A DNA stretch of 60,187 nucleotides from an uncultured bacterium (GCA_964420375.1 CAYQTK010000001.1:1-60187), one strand, 5' to 3'. Numbered from the stretch's first letter, positions 5,957 to 15,762 are shown. Notes: generated by a model not told the origin, from the letters alone. Made by a program: numbers and translations.

Positions 5957-7716
5957 GGCGTTGCTCCTGAAAGGGGGACCCCGATAATGTAAAATCCTAC
6001 CAGCAATGCCGCGAGCACGACCACGTTTAGGCATGAGAGGAAGGAGTTGGCCACGTATAGTCTTCGTTCGCGCCCCTCGCTTTTCCGGGAAGTCAGAAAG
6101 CCCGCCAGAAAAGCAAGTGCAGACAGTGCCACTCCAATGGTGAAGCCCGTCTCCAAGACCCAGCTCTCGAAGCTGCCCGCCTTGCTAAGCGATACCGCGA
6201 AAAGAGGGGTAAACACGAAGTTCAAAGGACCGGCCAGCAGGCTCAGGAACAGGGTGAAGTAAATAGGGCGGGACCTCCTTGCCAGGATGAGGGCCCCGAT
6301 TTCCTGCTGCTTACATGGTCGGCATATTCCTTCGCTGTCCAGGAAAGAGCCGCATACCGAGCAGCGCGGCCTGGTTTCTTCCCTGGTGATTCTCGCTCCC
6401 TCCAGCATGGCCCCTGAGAGGTCTGCTCCGGTCATCTCGACTGCGGCCAGCTCTGCATCACCCAGGTTGGCCCCGGTGAGCCGCGTTCTGCGCAGCTTGG
6501 CATTGCGCATTATGGCCCGGCTCAGGTTGGAGTTGCCGAGATCGGCCCGGTCCAGGTTGGCCCGGTCCAGTCGTCCCCCGGAGAGGTTGGATCCCCGAAG
6601 CGCCGACTTGGTCAGCTTGGTGCCGGTAAGGTTGGCCCCTGCCAGTCCCGCCCGGTTGAGGTTGGCAGCGTTCAGCTTGGCGAAGCTCAAGTCGGCTCCG
6701 GAAAGGTCTGCGGCTGACAGATCAACCCCCGCCATGTGGGCCTCTTTGAAGTTGGCCTGGGAAAGATGCCTGCCGGACAGATTGACCCCCGCGAGCTGGG
6801 CCCCCTCGAAGTCCGGGTGTACAAAGGTCGTCTCCTGGAAAGAAGCATTGGTAAGGTCTGCCCGGTAAAAGCCGCAGGCGATGAAGTCCGCGGAGTCGAA
6901 CACAGCGTTGCGTGCTTTGATGCTCTCGAACTGACACCCCGCAAAGCTGGCTTCGCGGGCTTGCACGTTCATTAAAAGCGCGCCCTCGAGGTTGGAGCTC
7001 TGCCACTGCGAGCCGTCGAGCACTGCATCGGTAAGGTCCGCCCCTGCAAGGGAGCACTCTCGCAACACCGCTTTCTCCAAGCTCGATCCCTGCAGGGAAA
7101 CTCTATCAGCATAGAGCTCCTTTATCCTGGTCTCCCGCAGGTCGGCAAGATCGAGGCGGGCGTTCTCTAAGGTCACCTTTTCCAGGCGGCAGCCTCGGAG
7201 TCTGGCTTTTCGAAGATCGGTACCGGAAAGGTCCAGGCCGGAGAGGTCGGACTTCTCCAGGTTTATGCCGGTAAGCACGGCTTTTGCAAAATTGCCGCCG
7301 CAAAGCTGCTCAGGCCCCAGAAATGCGTCAGTGAAATCCGCGTCTTCAAAGGAGGTCTCGGTGATGTTTGTCTTCAAAAGATCGGTGTTTACAAAGCGGC
7401 ATCCGGTAAACACCACCTTTTCGAAACGAACGTCTTCCAGTATGGCGGTCTCGAAGTTCGCTCCGGAAGCGTCCAGGTTCTTGAAAAGGGAATGGTTTAA
7501 CGTCGCTGCTTTGAATACCGCACCTTGAAGGCTGCACTCGATAAAGGATGCTCCCACCAGCACGGAGTAAGAAAGGTCCGCCCCGGTCAGGTCGCACTTT
7601 TCGAACACCGCGTTCTGGAGCCTTTTCCTGGAAAGGTCCCGGCCGGCAAGGTCGGCGCCGCTGATCGGCTCTCCCCTGCCGATAAGTTCCTCGATGTTTT
7701 TCGCCTCTTCCGCCAT
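5953..7716 (-). CDS. Very long pentapeptide-repeat protein with a C-terminal zinc ribbon and about 4 TM helices
   Basis: Roughly 420 residues of uninterrupted A(D/N)LxG-type pentapeptide repeats, for example ADLSGADLSFAKLNAANLNRAGLAGANLTG. These are followed by CSVCGSFLDSEGICRPC and a hydrophobic C-terminus. Confidence 0.85.
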   Translation of the reverse strand: MAEEAKNIEELIGRGEPISGADLAGRDLSRKRLQNAVFEKCDLTGADLSYSVLVGASFIECSLQGAVFKAATLNHSLFKNLDASGANFETAILEDVRFEKVVFTGCRFVNTDLLKTNITETSFEDADFTDAFLGPEQLCGGNFAKAVLTGINLEKSDLSGLDLSGTDLRKARLRGCRLEKVTLENARLDLADLRETRIKELYADRVSLQGSSLEKAVLRECSLAGADLTDAVLDGSQWQSSNLEGALLMNVQAREASFAGCQFESIKARNAVFDSADFIACGFYRADLTNASFQETTFVHPDFEGAQLAGVNLSGRHLSQANFKEAHMAGVDLSAADLSGADLSFAKLNAANLNRAGLAGANLTGTKLTKSALRGSNLSGGRLDRANLDRADLGNSNLSRAIMRNAKLRRTRLTGANLGDAELAAVEMTGADLSGAMLEGARITREETRPRCSVCGSFLDSEGICRPCKQQEIGALILARRSRPIYFTLFLSLLAGPLNFVFTPLFAVSLSKAGSFESWVLETGFTIGVALSALAFLAGFLTSRKSEGRERRLYVANSFLSCLNVVVLAALLVGFYIIGVPLSGATP

Positions 7717-7729
7717 CAGAGCTCCGGGT

Positions 7730-8767
7730 CTACTGTTCCATGTCGAAAAGCCCGGGCGCTGTCTCCGGCGGCGGCTTGATCCCCAAATGCCGGTACGCCC
7801 TGTGGGTAATACAGCGTCCTTTCCTGGTCCGGTTTACAAAACCGATCTTGAGCATGAACGGCTCGACCACGTCAACAAGTGTGTCAACCTCTTCGTTCAA
7901 GGTGGCCCCGATGGCCTCGATGCCCACCGGACCGCCGTTGTAATAGTCAATGATGATGCGCAAAAACTTCCGGTCCAGCTCGTCAAGTCCGTGCTCGTCC
8001 ACACCTTCGATGTCCAAGGATTGGCGGGCGACCTCTTCGGTTATCTTTCCTTCGGCCCGCACCTGGGCGTAGTCCCGGACGCGGCGGAGGATGCGGTTGG
8101 CGGTCCGCGGAGTTCCCCGCGACCGGCCGGCCAGTATCTCCAGGGCTTCTTCCCTTGCTTCTATGTCGAGCAGCTTTGCGGAGCGGACCAGTATCTTGAA
8201 CAGCTCCCCCGGGGGATAGAAATCGAGGTGGTAGAGGATACCGAACCTCTCCCGCAAGGGCGCGGTGACCAGTCCTGCGCGGGTGGTGGCCCCCACCAGT
8301 GTGAACGGTTGCAAAGGCACGTTGATGGTCTTGGCGTACATGCCCTTGTCCACCACAAAGTCGACCTTGAAGTCCTCCATGGCGGGGTAGATGAACTCCT
8401 CGACCGTGGAGCTCAGCCGGTGGATCTCGTCAATAAAGAGGACGTCTCCCCGCTCCAGGTTGGTAAGGACCCCCATAAGGTCTCCGGGCCTTTGCAGGGC
8501 CGGTCCGGAGCTGCACACCAGCTTGGAGCCCATCTCCTCGGCGATGATGTGGGCCAGGGTGGTCTTGCCCAGACCGGGCGGTCCGTGAAAGAGCACGTGT
8601 TCGAGCGGCTCCTGTCTCTGCCTGGTCGCCTGGATGGCTATCTCCAGCTTCTCCACCACCGAGCACTGCCCGATGTAATCGCAAAGCCGCTTGGGCCGGA
8701 GACTCCACCCGAATGACTCGTCCTCCGGCGAAAGGGCGCTTCCGCTTATGATCCGGTCTACAGTCAT
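7730..8767 (-). CDS. ruvB: Holliday junction branch-migration helicase RuvB
   Basis: GPPGLGKTTLA Walker A, DEIHRL and a typical RuvB N- and C-terminus. ATGA overlap with ruvA. Confidence 0.97.
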   Translation of the reverse strand: MTVDRIISGSALSPEDESFGWSLRPKRLCDYIGQCSVVEKLEIAIQATRQRQEPLEHVLFHGPPGLGKTTLAHIIAEEMGSKLVCSSGPALQRPGDLMGVLTNLERGDVLFIDEIHRLSSTVEEFIYPAMEDFKVDFVVDKGMYAKTINVPLQPFTLVGATTRAGLVTAPLRERFGILYHLDFYPPGELFKILVRSAKLLDIEAREEALEILAGRSRGTPRTANRILRRVRDYAQVRAEGKITEEVARQSLDIEGVDEHGLDELDRKFLRIIIDYYNGGPVGIEAIGATLNEEVDTLVDVVEPFMLKIGFVNRTRKGRCITHRAYRHLGIKPPPETAPGLFDMEQ

Positions 8768-9396
8768 CTTGTCGCTCCCGTTCCTGCTTGTTTGAAGACC
8801 GCTTGTACTATCTCGTCCGCGCTGGCATGTCCGGAGGAGTTCCGTGTCACTTGACGCACCATGGTCTCTGCTTCAACGCGCTTGTAGGAGAGCTGAAGAA
8901 GTACCTGGATGGCGTCCTCCTCCATGTCGTTCAGGGCGGGCGCCCGTGCCAGGTCCTCTTCGGAGGGTAACGCGTACTCCGAGAGCTTTCCTTTTAAAGC
9001 GGCGATCACCTTGTCCGCGGTCCGCTTGCCGAGGCCCGGGAGGGAGGAAAGCGCGGTCCGGTCCTCGCTCTCGATTGCCCTTGCCATCTTCGCGGGGGTG
9101 ATGGTCATGGCTTTGAGGATCATCCGCGACCCCATGCCGGGCACCTTCACCAACTGGGAGTAGAAGTCTTTCTCCGCCTCGCTTAAGAACCCTACCAGTC
9201 GGGGAGTGAGCCCTGCAGAGCTCTGCGCCCCCTCCAGGAAATGCTGGGTGAAGAGCTCGATCTCCTCACCCTTTCTGTTGACGAGGTCCGCGGCCAGGTA
9301 TGCCGGCACCATGATCTCGTAAAAGACCCCCTGGTTCTCGAGCTCGACGCGGAGCTCGGCAACCGAGGCCATTGTTCCCCTTAAGCGGGAGATCAA
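8764..9396 (-). CDS. ruvA: Holliday junction DNA-binding protein RuvA
   Basis: The MISRLRGT... N-terminus (TTG start) and the LSSLPGLGKRTADKV HhH motif. The start overlaps the ruvC stop. Confidence 0.93.
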   Translation of the reverse strand: MISRLRGTMASVAELRVELENQGVFYEIMVPAYLAADLVNRKGEEIELFTQHFLEGAQSSAGLTPRLVGFLSEAEKDFYSQLVKVPGMGSRMILKAMTITPAKMARAIESEDRTALSSLPGLGKRTADKVIAALKGKLSEYALPSEEDLARAPALNDMEEDAIQVLLQLSYKRVEAETMVRQVTRNSSGHASADEIVQAVFKQAGTGATR

Positions 9397-9911
9397 AGAC
9401 CTTTACCTCCTTTAGCAGCGACGCTTTTGATATTGCCGTGCCGGACCACGTTGGCGTGGCACAGTGCCACTGCCAGGGCGTCGGCAACGTCCGGGGGCTC
9501 GGGCAGCACATCCATCTTCAGCACTGCGGCCACGGTGCGCTGCATTTGCTCCTTGGTGGCCCGGCCGCCTCCGGTAAGCGACTTCTTGATCCGGGTCGCC
9601 GGATAGTTTACCACCGGTACGCCCAGGTGCGACGCTGCGAATATGATCACTCCCCGCGCGTGCCCCATCAGGATAGCGGTGCGGGGATGGTTGTAATGGG
9701 AGTAAAGAGACTCCACCACCATGACTTCCGGCCGGATGTTCTCCATCACCCGGGTAAGCCCTTCGAAAAGCTCGATGAGCCGCTCGCCCAGCTCGGCCTT
9801 GTCAGTGGTGCGGATCACCCCGGCCTCCATAACCTGCGGGGACGGACCCTGAAGATATATACCACCGTAGCCTGTTAATCGAAGACCAGGATCTACACCC
9901 AGTATGATCAT
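9393..9911 (-). CDS. ruvC: Crossover junction endodeoxyribonuclease RuvC
   Basis: MIILGVDPGLRLTGYG N-terminus with catalytic Asp. 172 aa. Confidence 0.95.
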   Translation of the reverse strand: MIILGVDPGLRLTGYGGIYLQGPSPQVMEAGVIRTTDKAELGERLIELFEGLTRVMENIRPEVMVVESLYSHYNHPRTAILMGHARGVIIFAASHLGVPVVNYPATRIKKSLTGGGRATKEQMQRTVAAVLKMDVLPEPPDVADALAVALCHANVVRHGNIKSVAAKGGKGL

Positions 9912-9920
9912 CTGAAAGCC

Positions 9921-10667
9921 TCAGGCGGAAAGCTTTTCCATCTCCTCGTCGGGTATGTCAAAGTTGGCCCATACATTCTGAACGTCGTCCAGGTCCTCCA
10001 GGGCGTCCATGAGCTTGAGCATCTGCTCCGCGCTCTTGCCGGAAAGCTCGACGGTGGTCTGGGGAAGCATGGCTATCTTGCCCTCATTGGGAATGTCCGC
10101 GTCAACAAAAGCCTGCTTTACGGTCTCGTACTCATCGGGCGAAGTGATCACTTCCCAGTAGTCGCCCTCGCCCCGGATGTCTTCGGCGCCCGCGTCAAGG
10201 GCTATGTCCATGACCGTGTCCTCGCCGGCGTCCGACTTGTCGATCATGATAAGACCGCGCTTGTCAAACATCCACGACACGCAGCCGGCCTCCCCCAGCT
10301 TGCCGTTATAGCGATCAAAGAAATGGCGGATCTCCGAAACCGTGCGGTTGCGGTTGTCTGTCTGAACTTCTACCAGCACGGCAACCCCAGCGGGACCGTA
10401 CCCTTCAAAGCTGACCTCTTCGTAGTCCGCGCCCTCTGCGCCGCCGGCGCCCTTCTTTATCGCCCGGTCAATGTTATCGTTGGGCATATTGGCTGACTTG
10501 GCCGCGTCAATGGCCTGGCGCAAGCGGGGGTTGCTCTCCGGGTCCGGGCCCCCGAGACGCGCTGCAATGGAAAGCTCCCGGATCAGCTTGGTAAAAATCT
10601 TGCCGCGCTTGGCGTCCTCCCGGCCCTTCTTGTGCCGAATACTATGCCACTTGCTATGTCCAGACAT
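9921..10667 (-). CDS. yebC: YebC/PmpR-family DNA-binding transcriptional regulator
   Basis: [28 protein letters not shown] is the family signature. I chose ATG 10667 rather than the TTG at 10703. Confidence 0.93.
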   Translation of the reverse strand: MSGHSKWHSIRHKKGREDAKRGKIFTKLIRELSIAARLGGPDPESNPRLRQAIDAAKSANMPNDNIDRAIKKGAGGAEGADYEEVSFEGYGPAGVAVLVEVQTDNRNRTVSEIRHFFDRYNGKLGEAGCVSWMFDKRGLIMIDKSDAGEDTVMDIALDAGAEDIRGEGDYWEVITSPDEYETVKQAFVDADIPNEGKIAMLPQTTVELSGKSAEQMLKLMDALEDLDDVQNVWANFDIPDEEMEKLSA

Positions 10668-10954
10668 TCTACTCTTACCTCTCTTATCCGGTTTTTCCGG
10701 CAATGCCGGAGTCCTGCCGGAGGTTTTATGGCCCTGGCATAATAGATTGATAATATAAACAGAGCTTAAAAATAATCTCCGGCCGAATGGAAAGAACCGG
10801 CGCTAAGGCGCTTTTATACGATTCTAGCACCCCCGTATATCCATATCAAGCAAAAGCACCGGCTACATACGGTTTGCGGGACGTGCATGCACTGAAGAAG
10901 TATAGGGCGGTCCGCAGTGGGTTTGCTGTGCGGTCGCGAAAGTTTGCGGGAGGG

Positions 10955-11770
10955 TCACTCTCTGGCCTGCATCTCCTCCATGACGAGGTTGCGCGCCTCG
11001 TCGGGATCGGGAATGCGATAGAGTACGTAGATGGAGAGCTCGCGGGGCACGTTCTTGGCTTTTCCGCCCGCAGCAAAGATGCCGGCTCCCGCTCCCATCT
11101 TTCCGGCTCCCGCTCCCGCTCCTGCTATGGCCATGTCCTGTCCCATTCCCAGTCCGGTGCTCGTTACGGGTATGACCGTTCCGAAGTTGAACAGCCTGCC
11201 GAGCAGGGACACCTGGAGGATGAGGTCGTCAATCTTGGAGTAAAGCGTGCTCCGTTCCGAGGTCTTTAAGTTTCCGAATCGGGCCACGATCCGCTTGTTG
11301 GTGATATAGTAACGATGGCCCCTCCGAAAGATTTCCACCCCCAGTACGCCCAGGGCGCCCGCAGCGATAAGCAGATAGTTTTCCAGGTGGCTGTGCCGGC
11401 CTGCCTCAAGACCAAGCATGGGCTCGATCTTCCAGCGAAGCACTATGCTGATAATGATAAGAGCGAATAAGGTAAACACGTAACCGAAGTTGATCCGGAA
11501 TATCGCCATGACAACAAGAGGGACCAGGAGAGCTATTATCCACACCGCGTTGTAGGCGTGCTTTACAACAAAGTCCCGGCCGGGGAATTCGAAACCTATC
11601 GAGCCGGCAAGCTTATTGGAAATCCAGGGGTAGTAGATGATGAAGATCACGCCCAGTCCGAGAATGAAAAGCCAGAACAGCATGAGGCCGGTCATGGCCA
11701 GGGGATGCGGCCGGGCCTCCAGCAAAAGCTCTTCGTCTTCCATGAGCGGGAAAGGGCATTCACCGGCCAT
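10955..11770 (-). CDS. Membrane protein with bacterial PH (YdbS/DUF304-like) domain and a Gly/Ala-rich C-terminal segment
   Basis: TM helices are followed by RYYITNKRIVARFGNLKTSERSTLYSKIDDL (bPH_2-like). Start ATG 11770 has AAGGAG upstream. The track ORF begins at GTG 11800. Confidence 0.7.
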   Translation of the reverse strand: MAGECPFPLMEDEELLLEARPHPLAMTGLMLFWLFILGLGVIFIIYYPWISNKLAGSIGFEFPGRDFVVKHAYNAVWIIALLVPLVVMAIFRINFGYVFTLFALIIISIVLRWKIEPMLGLEAGRHSHLENYLLIAAGALGVLGVEIFRRGHRYYITNKRIVARFGNLKTSERSTLYSKIDDLILQVSLLGRLFNFGTVIPVTSTGLGMGQDMAIAGAGAGAGKMGAGAGIFAAGGKAKNVPRELSIYVLYRIPDPDEARNLVMEEMQARE

Positions 11771-11877
11771 GTCTGTAAACCGCTCCTTTAAAATCGGCAC
11801 CGCATTAGGTGATCAGCATTCGATGCACCGGCACAACGGACATATTTTATCAGCATGTCAGGGGAGGAACAAATGAA

Positions 11878-13299
11878 TTACTTTGTTCTTACCCCTCTTT
11901 TTTTCAACAGCGCGTAGAGCCTGGACCGGGACAGTCCGGATATCCGGCTTGCTTTCCTGACGTCTCCGCTGGTGAAAGACATGAGGTCTTCGAGGTACTT
12001 CTTTTCGATGTTGGCAAGTGCGGATTCCCTGACCTGGTTGAGTGTCGGGAAATTTTGCTTGTTCTGATTCTGTACGGCACTGAGGGGGTTCTCATTGGTT
12101 TCGTTTTTTTCGTTCAGTGAGTTTCTGGCCATCTTGACGCGGATGTATGTAGGCAGATGCTTGGGGTAGAGCACGGGTTCCAGCCTTGCTGCTGCGACCG
12201 CCCTTTCCAGCGCGTTAATCAACTCTCTTACGTTGCCGGGCCACTCGTATTCGCGGAGGTTACTGATAAACTCCGGCGAGTAATCCTTTTTCTCGATCGA
12301 GTACCTTTCACAGATTTCTTTTAAGTAATACTCGACCAGGACCTCGGTGTCTTCGGGGCGCTCGCGGAGGGGCGGCACGTCTATATTCAAAGACCGGAGC
12401 CTGAAAAGCAGGTCCTCCCGGAAGTGGCCCTGTTTCGCCGTTTCATCCAGGTCGCGGTTTGACGCGGCAATGATCCGGAAGTCGGATTTCACTTCATTCG
12501 CCCCTCCCACCGGGCGGAAGCTTCCTTCTTCGAGGACCCGGAGGAAGGACTTCTGCACAGCCAGTGACAGCTCGCCCACTTCGTCAAGGAACAGGGTCCC
12601 TCCGTCAGCCTGCTTGATAAGACCTGTCTGCGACTTGTCCGCGCCGGTGAAGGCCCCTTTTTCGTGGCCGAACAGGGTGCTTTCCACCAGTGTTTCCGGA
12701 AGTGCGGCGCAGTCGACGACCACGAAGTTCTTTTTCGACCTCATGCTGTTAAAATGGATGGCCCACGCCACCAACTCCTTGCCGGTGCCGGTCTCGCCTC
12801 CGATGAGCACGCTCACGTCCGACTCGGCGGCCCTCTGGACGAGCTCGAGCACCGACTTCATCTGGGGGCTTTTGCCCTTTAAGTCCTGCAGGGTCTCTTC
12901 TTTGAGCCCCGCCCGCTGGTTGTCAGGCGCTTTTTTAGAACGGTACTGGAGCGCACGGATAAGCGGCAGGATGATGGCCTGCTCGGACAAGGTCCTCTCG
13001 CAGTAGTCCCATGCGCCGCGCTTGATGGCCGACTCCGCATGGTTGGGGTCAGCCTCGTCGGAAATGATGATGACCTCCGGGCTTTGCGGCCGCTCCAGAA
13101 ACCGGGGAATGGCCTCGATGCCGCGGCCGTCCGGCATCTGGTCGTTTACAAAAACCACGTCGAAGTCTTCGGAGTCAAACCACTCTATGCCCTCGCTAAG
13201 GGTCTGCGACTTGGACACCTTGTGACCAAGCTCGGCAACCTTTACGCAAAGCAGGTTCGCGTAATCAGCGTTCTTGTCTATTATAAGCACGTTCGCCAT
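11878..13299 (-). CDS. Sigma-54-dependent response regulator (NtrC family: REC + AAA+ + Fis-type HTH)
   Basis: GETGTGKE Walker A, the GAFTGA motif (HEKGAFTGA) and a C-terminal HTH (ASRISGLSRSRLYALLKK). Confidence 0.93.
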   Translation of the reverse strand: MANVLIIDKNADYANLLCVKVAELGHKVSKSQTLSEGIEWFDSEDFDVVFVNDQMPDGRGIEAIPRFLERPQSPEVIIISDEADPNHAESAIKRGAWDYCERTLSEQAIILPLIRALQYRSKKAPDNQRAGLKEETLQDLKGKSPQMKSVLELVQRAAESDVSVLIGGETGTGKELVAWAIHFNSMRSKKNFVVVDCAALPETLVESTLFGHEKGAFTGADKSQTGLIKQADGGTLFLDEVGELSLAVQKSFLRVLEEGSFRPVGGANEVKSDFRIIAASNRDLDETAKQGHFREDLLFRLRSLNIDVPPLRERPEDTEVLVEYYLKEICERYSIEKKDYSPEFISNLREYEWPGNVRELINALERAVAAARLEPVLYPKHLPTYIRVKMARNSLNEKNETNENPLSAVQNQNKQNFPTLNQVRESALANIEKKYLEDLMSFTSGDVRKASRISGLSRSRLYALLKKRGVRTK

Positions 13300-13441
13300 G
13301 TATAACCTTTATATGTTACAGACCGTCTGAAAGGTGAAAGCTCCTCGACCGTACCTTTGCATTATAACCATTCTTAATGGCAAGTCCAGCGCTGGTATTC
13401 AAGGATTGCAACTCCGGTATTGAGGGGGTCTGCCGGTAATC

Positions 13442-14488
13442 TTACGGCCTGATGGGGGCGTGGAGAAGTCCCTGGTCCTCGGGCAGGCCCAGCATGATGT
13501 TCATGTTCTGGACTGCCGCACCTGAGGCCCCTTTGACAAGGTTGTCCACTGCCGTGCTTACTATGGCTTCTTTTCCGGAGGGCGCTGCAGTGATTGAAAT
13601 GTCTACAAAGTTGGTCCCCCGCACGCGGGAGACGCAGGGCATTTCGCCGTCGGGAAGCACACGGACAAAGGTCTCGTCGCGGTAGGCTTCTTCGAGAGCT
13701 TTTTGTAGGGTTTTTGCTGTTGTTTTCTTTTTCAGGGACAAGTAGATGGTTCCCAGTATTCCCCGGTTCATGGGGGCCAGGTGGGGACTGAAGGTTACGC
13801 GGACCTTTGTGCGGGCGGCTCTTGTGAGCTCCTGCTCCATCTCGGGGGTGTGGCGGTGGGCGTAGAGGTTATAGGGGCGCATGGCTTCGTTGACCTCGCA
13901 GTAGGCAAAGGGCAGGCTGGCTTTCCTTCCCGCTCCGGAGACGCCTGACTTCATGTCGGCGATCACATGGGCGGACTCGGCCAATCCTTCCCGGAGCAGG
14001 GGGACGACTCCGAGGATGACTCCGGTGGGGTAGCAGCCCGGGTTGGCCACCAGCGATGCTTTGCGGATTCGACTCCGGTAGAGCTCGGGCATGCCGTAGA
14101 CGGCTTTCCTGATGAGGTCCGGGCGGGAGTGCTTTCCGTACCACCTTTCGTAGTCGGCTTTTTTGCGGAGCCTGAAGTCCGCGGACAGGTCTATCACCTT
14201 TAGTCCCGCTTCCATTGCCCGGGCCACGGCTTCCTGGCTTTCGGAATGGGGAAGGCACATGAAGGCGAGCGCGGCTTTTTGGGCGATGTTTTTTGGGTCG
14301 AACTTTTCGATCTCGGGAAGGTCGTATTTACGGAGATGGGGAAAAAGCCCGGCATAGCCCTGGCCGTGGTTCTGCCGGGAGGTCAGGCTGCTTATTCGCA
14401 CGCCGGCATGGCCGGTAAGAAGCCTTACAAGCTCCTGTCCGGTGTAGCCGGTGGCCCCGATAACGGCGATGTTCTTTTGTGTTTCCAT
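13442..14488 (-). CDS. argC: N-acetyl-gamma-glutamyl-phosphate reductase
   Basis: VIGATGYTGQEL Rossmann motif and NPGCYPTG active-site Cys. The start is either ATG 14488 or GTG 14512; neither has a clear RBS. Confidence 0.9.
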   Translation of the reverse strand: METQKNIAVIGATGYTGQELVRLLTGHAGVRISSLTSRQNHGQGYAGLFPHLRKYDLPEIEKFDPKNIAQKAALAFMCLPHSESQEAVARAMEAGLKVIDLSADFRLRKKADYERWYGKHSRPDLIRKAVYGMPELYRSRIRKASLVANPGCYPTGVILGVVPLLREGLAESAHVIADMKSGVSGAGRKASLPFAYCEVNEAMRPYNLYAHRHTPEMEQELTRAARTKVRVTFSPHLAPMNRGILGTIYLSLKKKTTAKTLQKALEEAYRDETFVRVLPDGEMPCVSRVRGTNFVDISITAAPSGKEAIVSTAVDNLVKGASGAAVQNMNIMLGLPEDQGLLHAPIRP

Positions 14489-14568
14489 TTCGATAATAGA
14501 TTTATATTTCACGCAAAGACGAAAAGATCAAATATAATCTGATTTCGCCTGTGCGTAAAGAAGTCTGC

Positions 14569-15393
14569 TTATGCTTTTCCGCCAATTGCCGCCCTTACTA
14601 TAATCTCCATGCCGACCCTGGCGATCATCCAGAAGACGAGCATGCCGACGAGCAGGTAAAAGAGGTCTGCTCCAATGCTGACCACTCCGAACACCGCGGT
14701 AATGACCGCGGCTATGACGAGCATCACAAGCAGGATATTGAATCCGATTGCCAATGCATGTATGGCGGGATGCCTGCTGCTTTTCTTGCGGTTCATTCCC
14801 GTTATGAACATCTCCCGGACCGGCTTGTCCTGCCTGTCTATCCTGTACCCGCATTGGGGGCAAAGCCAATAAGAGCCGCCATATCCCACGTATGCCATAC
14901 CGGCCAGCACCGCGGCCAGTGCGGGCAGGAGCAGGAGATGAATAAATATTCCCGCCACCGCCAGCACCAGTCCGAGAACCATAAAGACCAGCGGATAGCT
15001 TGACCGGTAGGGATAATCTTTGCGGACCTGCATAAATGCGGTACATTGAATGCAGCTTACGCGGGCCTGGCTTCCTGTGCCGCCGGGGAAGTACCTGGCG
15101 AGGTCTCTCTTGCTTTTCTTTTCGGTGGACTCTCTTTCCGGCCCGCTGTGCCGTCTTTCCGCCGGTTCGTCAGGGGGCTGCCTTTCTTCGGGCTTTTCGG
15201 GTTGAGGAGTTTTCTCTTGCTTTGACTTGCCCGTCTTGCCCCTCTCAGGCGTCTTTATTCCAGACCTCTTATCAGCGGCCTCGAGGGGGGAAGACGCCCG
15301 CGGCATGGGCTCGCCGGTTTGCAGGTTTATCTCGCACCTTCTGCACACCTGGGTATGGGGAGCATGGACCAGCCCGCAGCGGGGACATTTCAT
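14569..15393 (-). CDS. Hypothetical membrane protein with N-terminal and internal zinc-ribbon motifs
   Basis: MKCPRCG...CRRC, CIQC and CPQCGYR motifs, Lys/Glu/Pro-rich linker, about 4 TM segments, GGAGG RBS. It starts 15 nt downstream of the PilZ gene. Confidence 0.6.
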   Translation of the reverse strand: MKCPRCGLVHAPHTQVCRRCEINLQTGEPMPRASSPLEAADKRSGIKTPERGKTGKSKQEKTPQPEKPEERQPPDEPAERRHSGPERESTEKKSKRDLARYFPGGTGSQARVSCIQCTAFMQVRKDYPYRSSYPLVFMVLGLVLAVAGIFIHLLLLPALAAVLAGMAYVGYGGSYWLCPQCGYRIDRQDKPVREMFITGMNRKKSSRHPAIHALAIGFNILLVMLVIAAVITAVFGVVSIGADLFYLLVGMLVFWMIARVGMEIIVRAAIGGKA

Positions 15394-15408
15394 GTGCCTG
15401 TCCTCCCC

Positions 15409-15762
15409 TCAAAGCCGGCCATGACCGGTGCTCTTCTCCCACAGCAGGTTGATAATGTCTTTATCATCATCAGTCAGTTGCTTAAACTCGATGCCCATGC
15501 CCGCTGGCTCAGGGAGATCGCTTTGGGGAAACACCACCCTTACCACTGTTCCTGTGGTGCAAAAACTTTTCGGCGAGCCAGGCACCTGGAACTCGATCTC
15601 GACCTCGCTTCCCCGCGCCAGGGGGTTTTCAGTCTTTATGAATATTCCGCCCATGCTTATATTCAGCGCATAGTCATAAAAAAAGGTGTCCAGCGTCCGG
15701 TAGCAGACCTGCATGGAGACCGGCTTCCTGACGTGTTTTCTTCTGTCCCCGACCTCGTTCAT
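15409..15762 (-). CDS. PilZ domain protein (putative c-di-GMP receptor)
   Basis: RRKHVRKPV ... DYALNISMGGIF matches the RxxxR / (D/N)xSxxG PilZ signature. ATG 15762 has AAGGGAG 7 nt upstream. The track start is GTG 15816. Confidence 0.8.
   Translation of the reverse strand: MNEVGDRRKHVRKPVSMQVCYRTLDTFFYDYALNISMGGIFIKTENPLARGSEVEIEFQVPGSPKSFCTTGTVVRVVFPQSDLPEPAGMGIEFKQLTDDDKDIINLLWEKSTGHGRL

Noticed and set aside
10787-11269. 160-aa plus-strand ORF in and beyond the yebC upstream region
   Set aside because: It overlaps, antisense, the 3' part of the PH-domain membrane protein gene. It has no RBS and a Ser/Arg/Gly-rich composition without motifs.
13378-13392. Sigma-54-like TGGCAA-N-GCGC element in the argC / response-regulator intergenic region
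   Set aside because: It is on the plus strand and points into the 3' end of minus-strand argC, so it has no gene to drive. The -12 element is poor (GCGC instead of TTGC).
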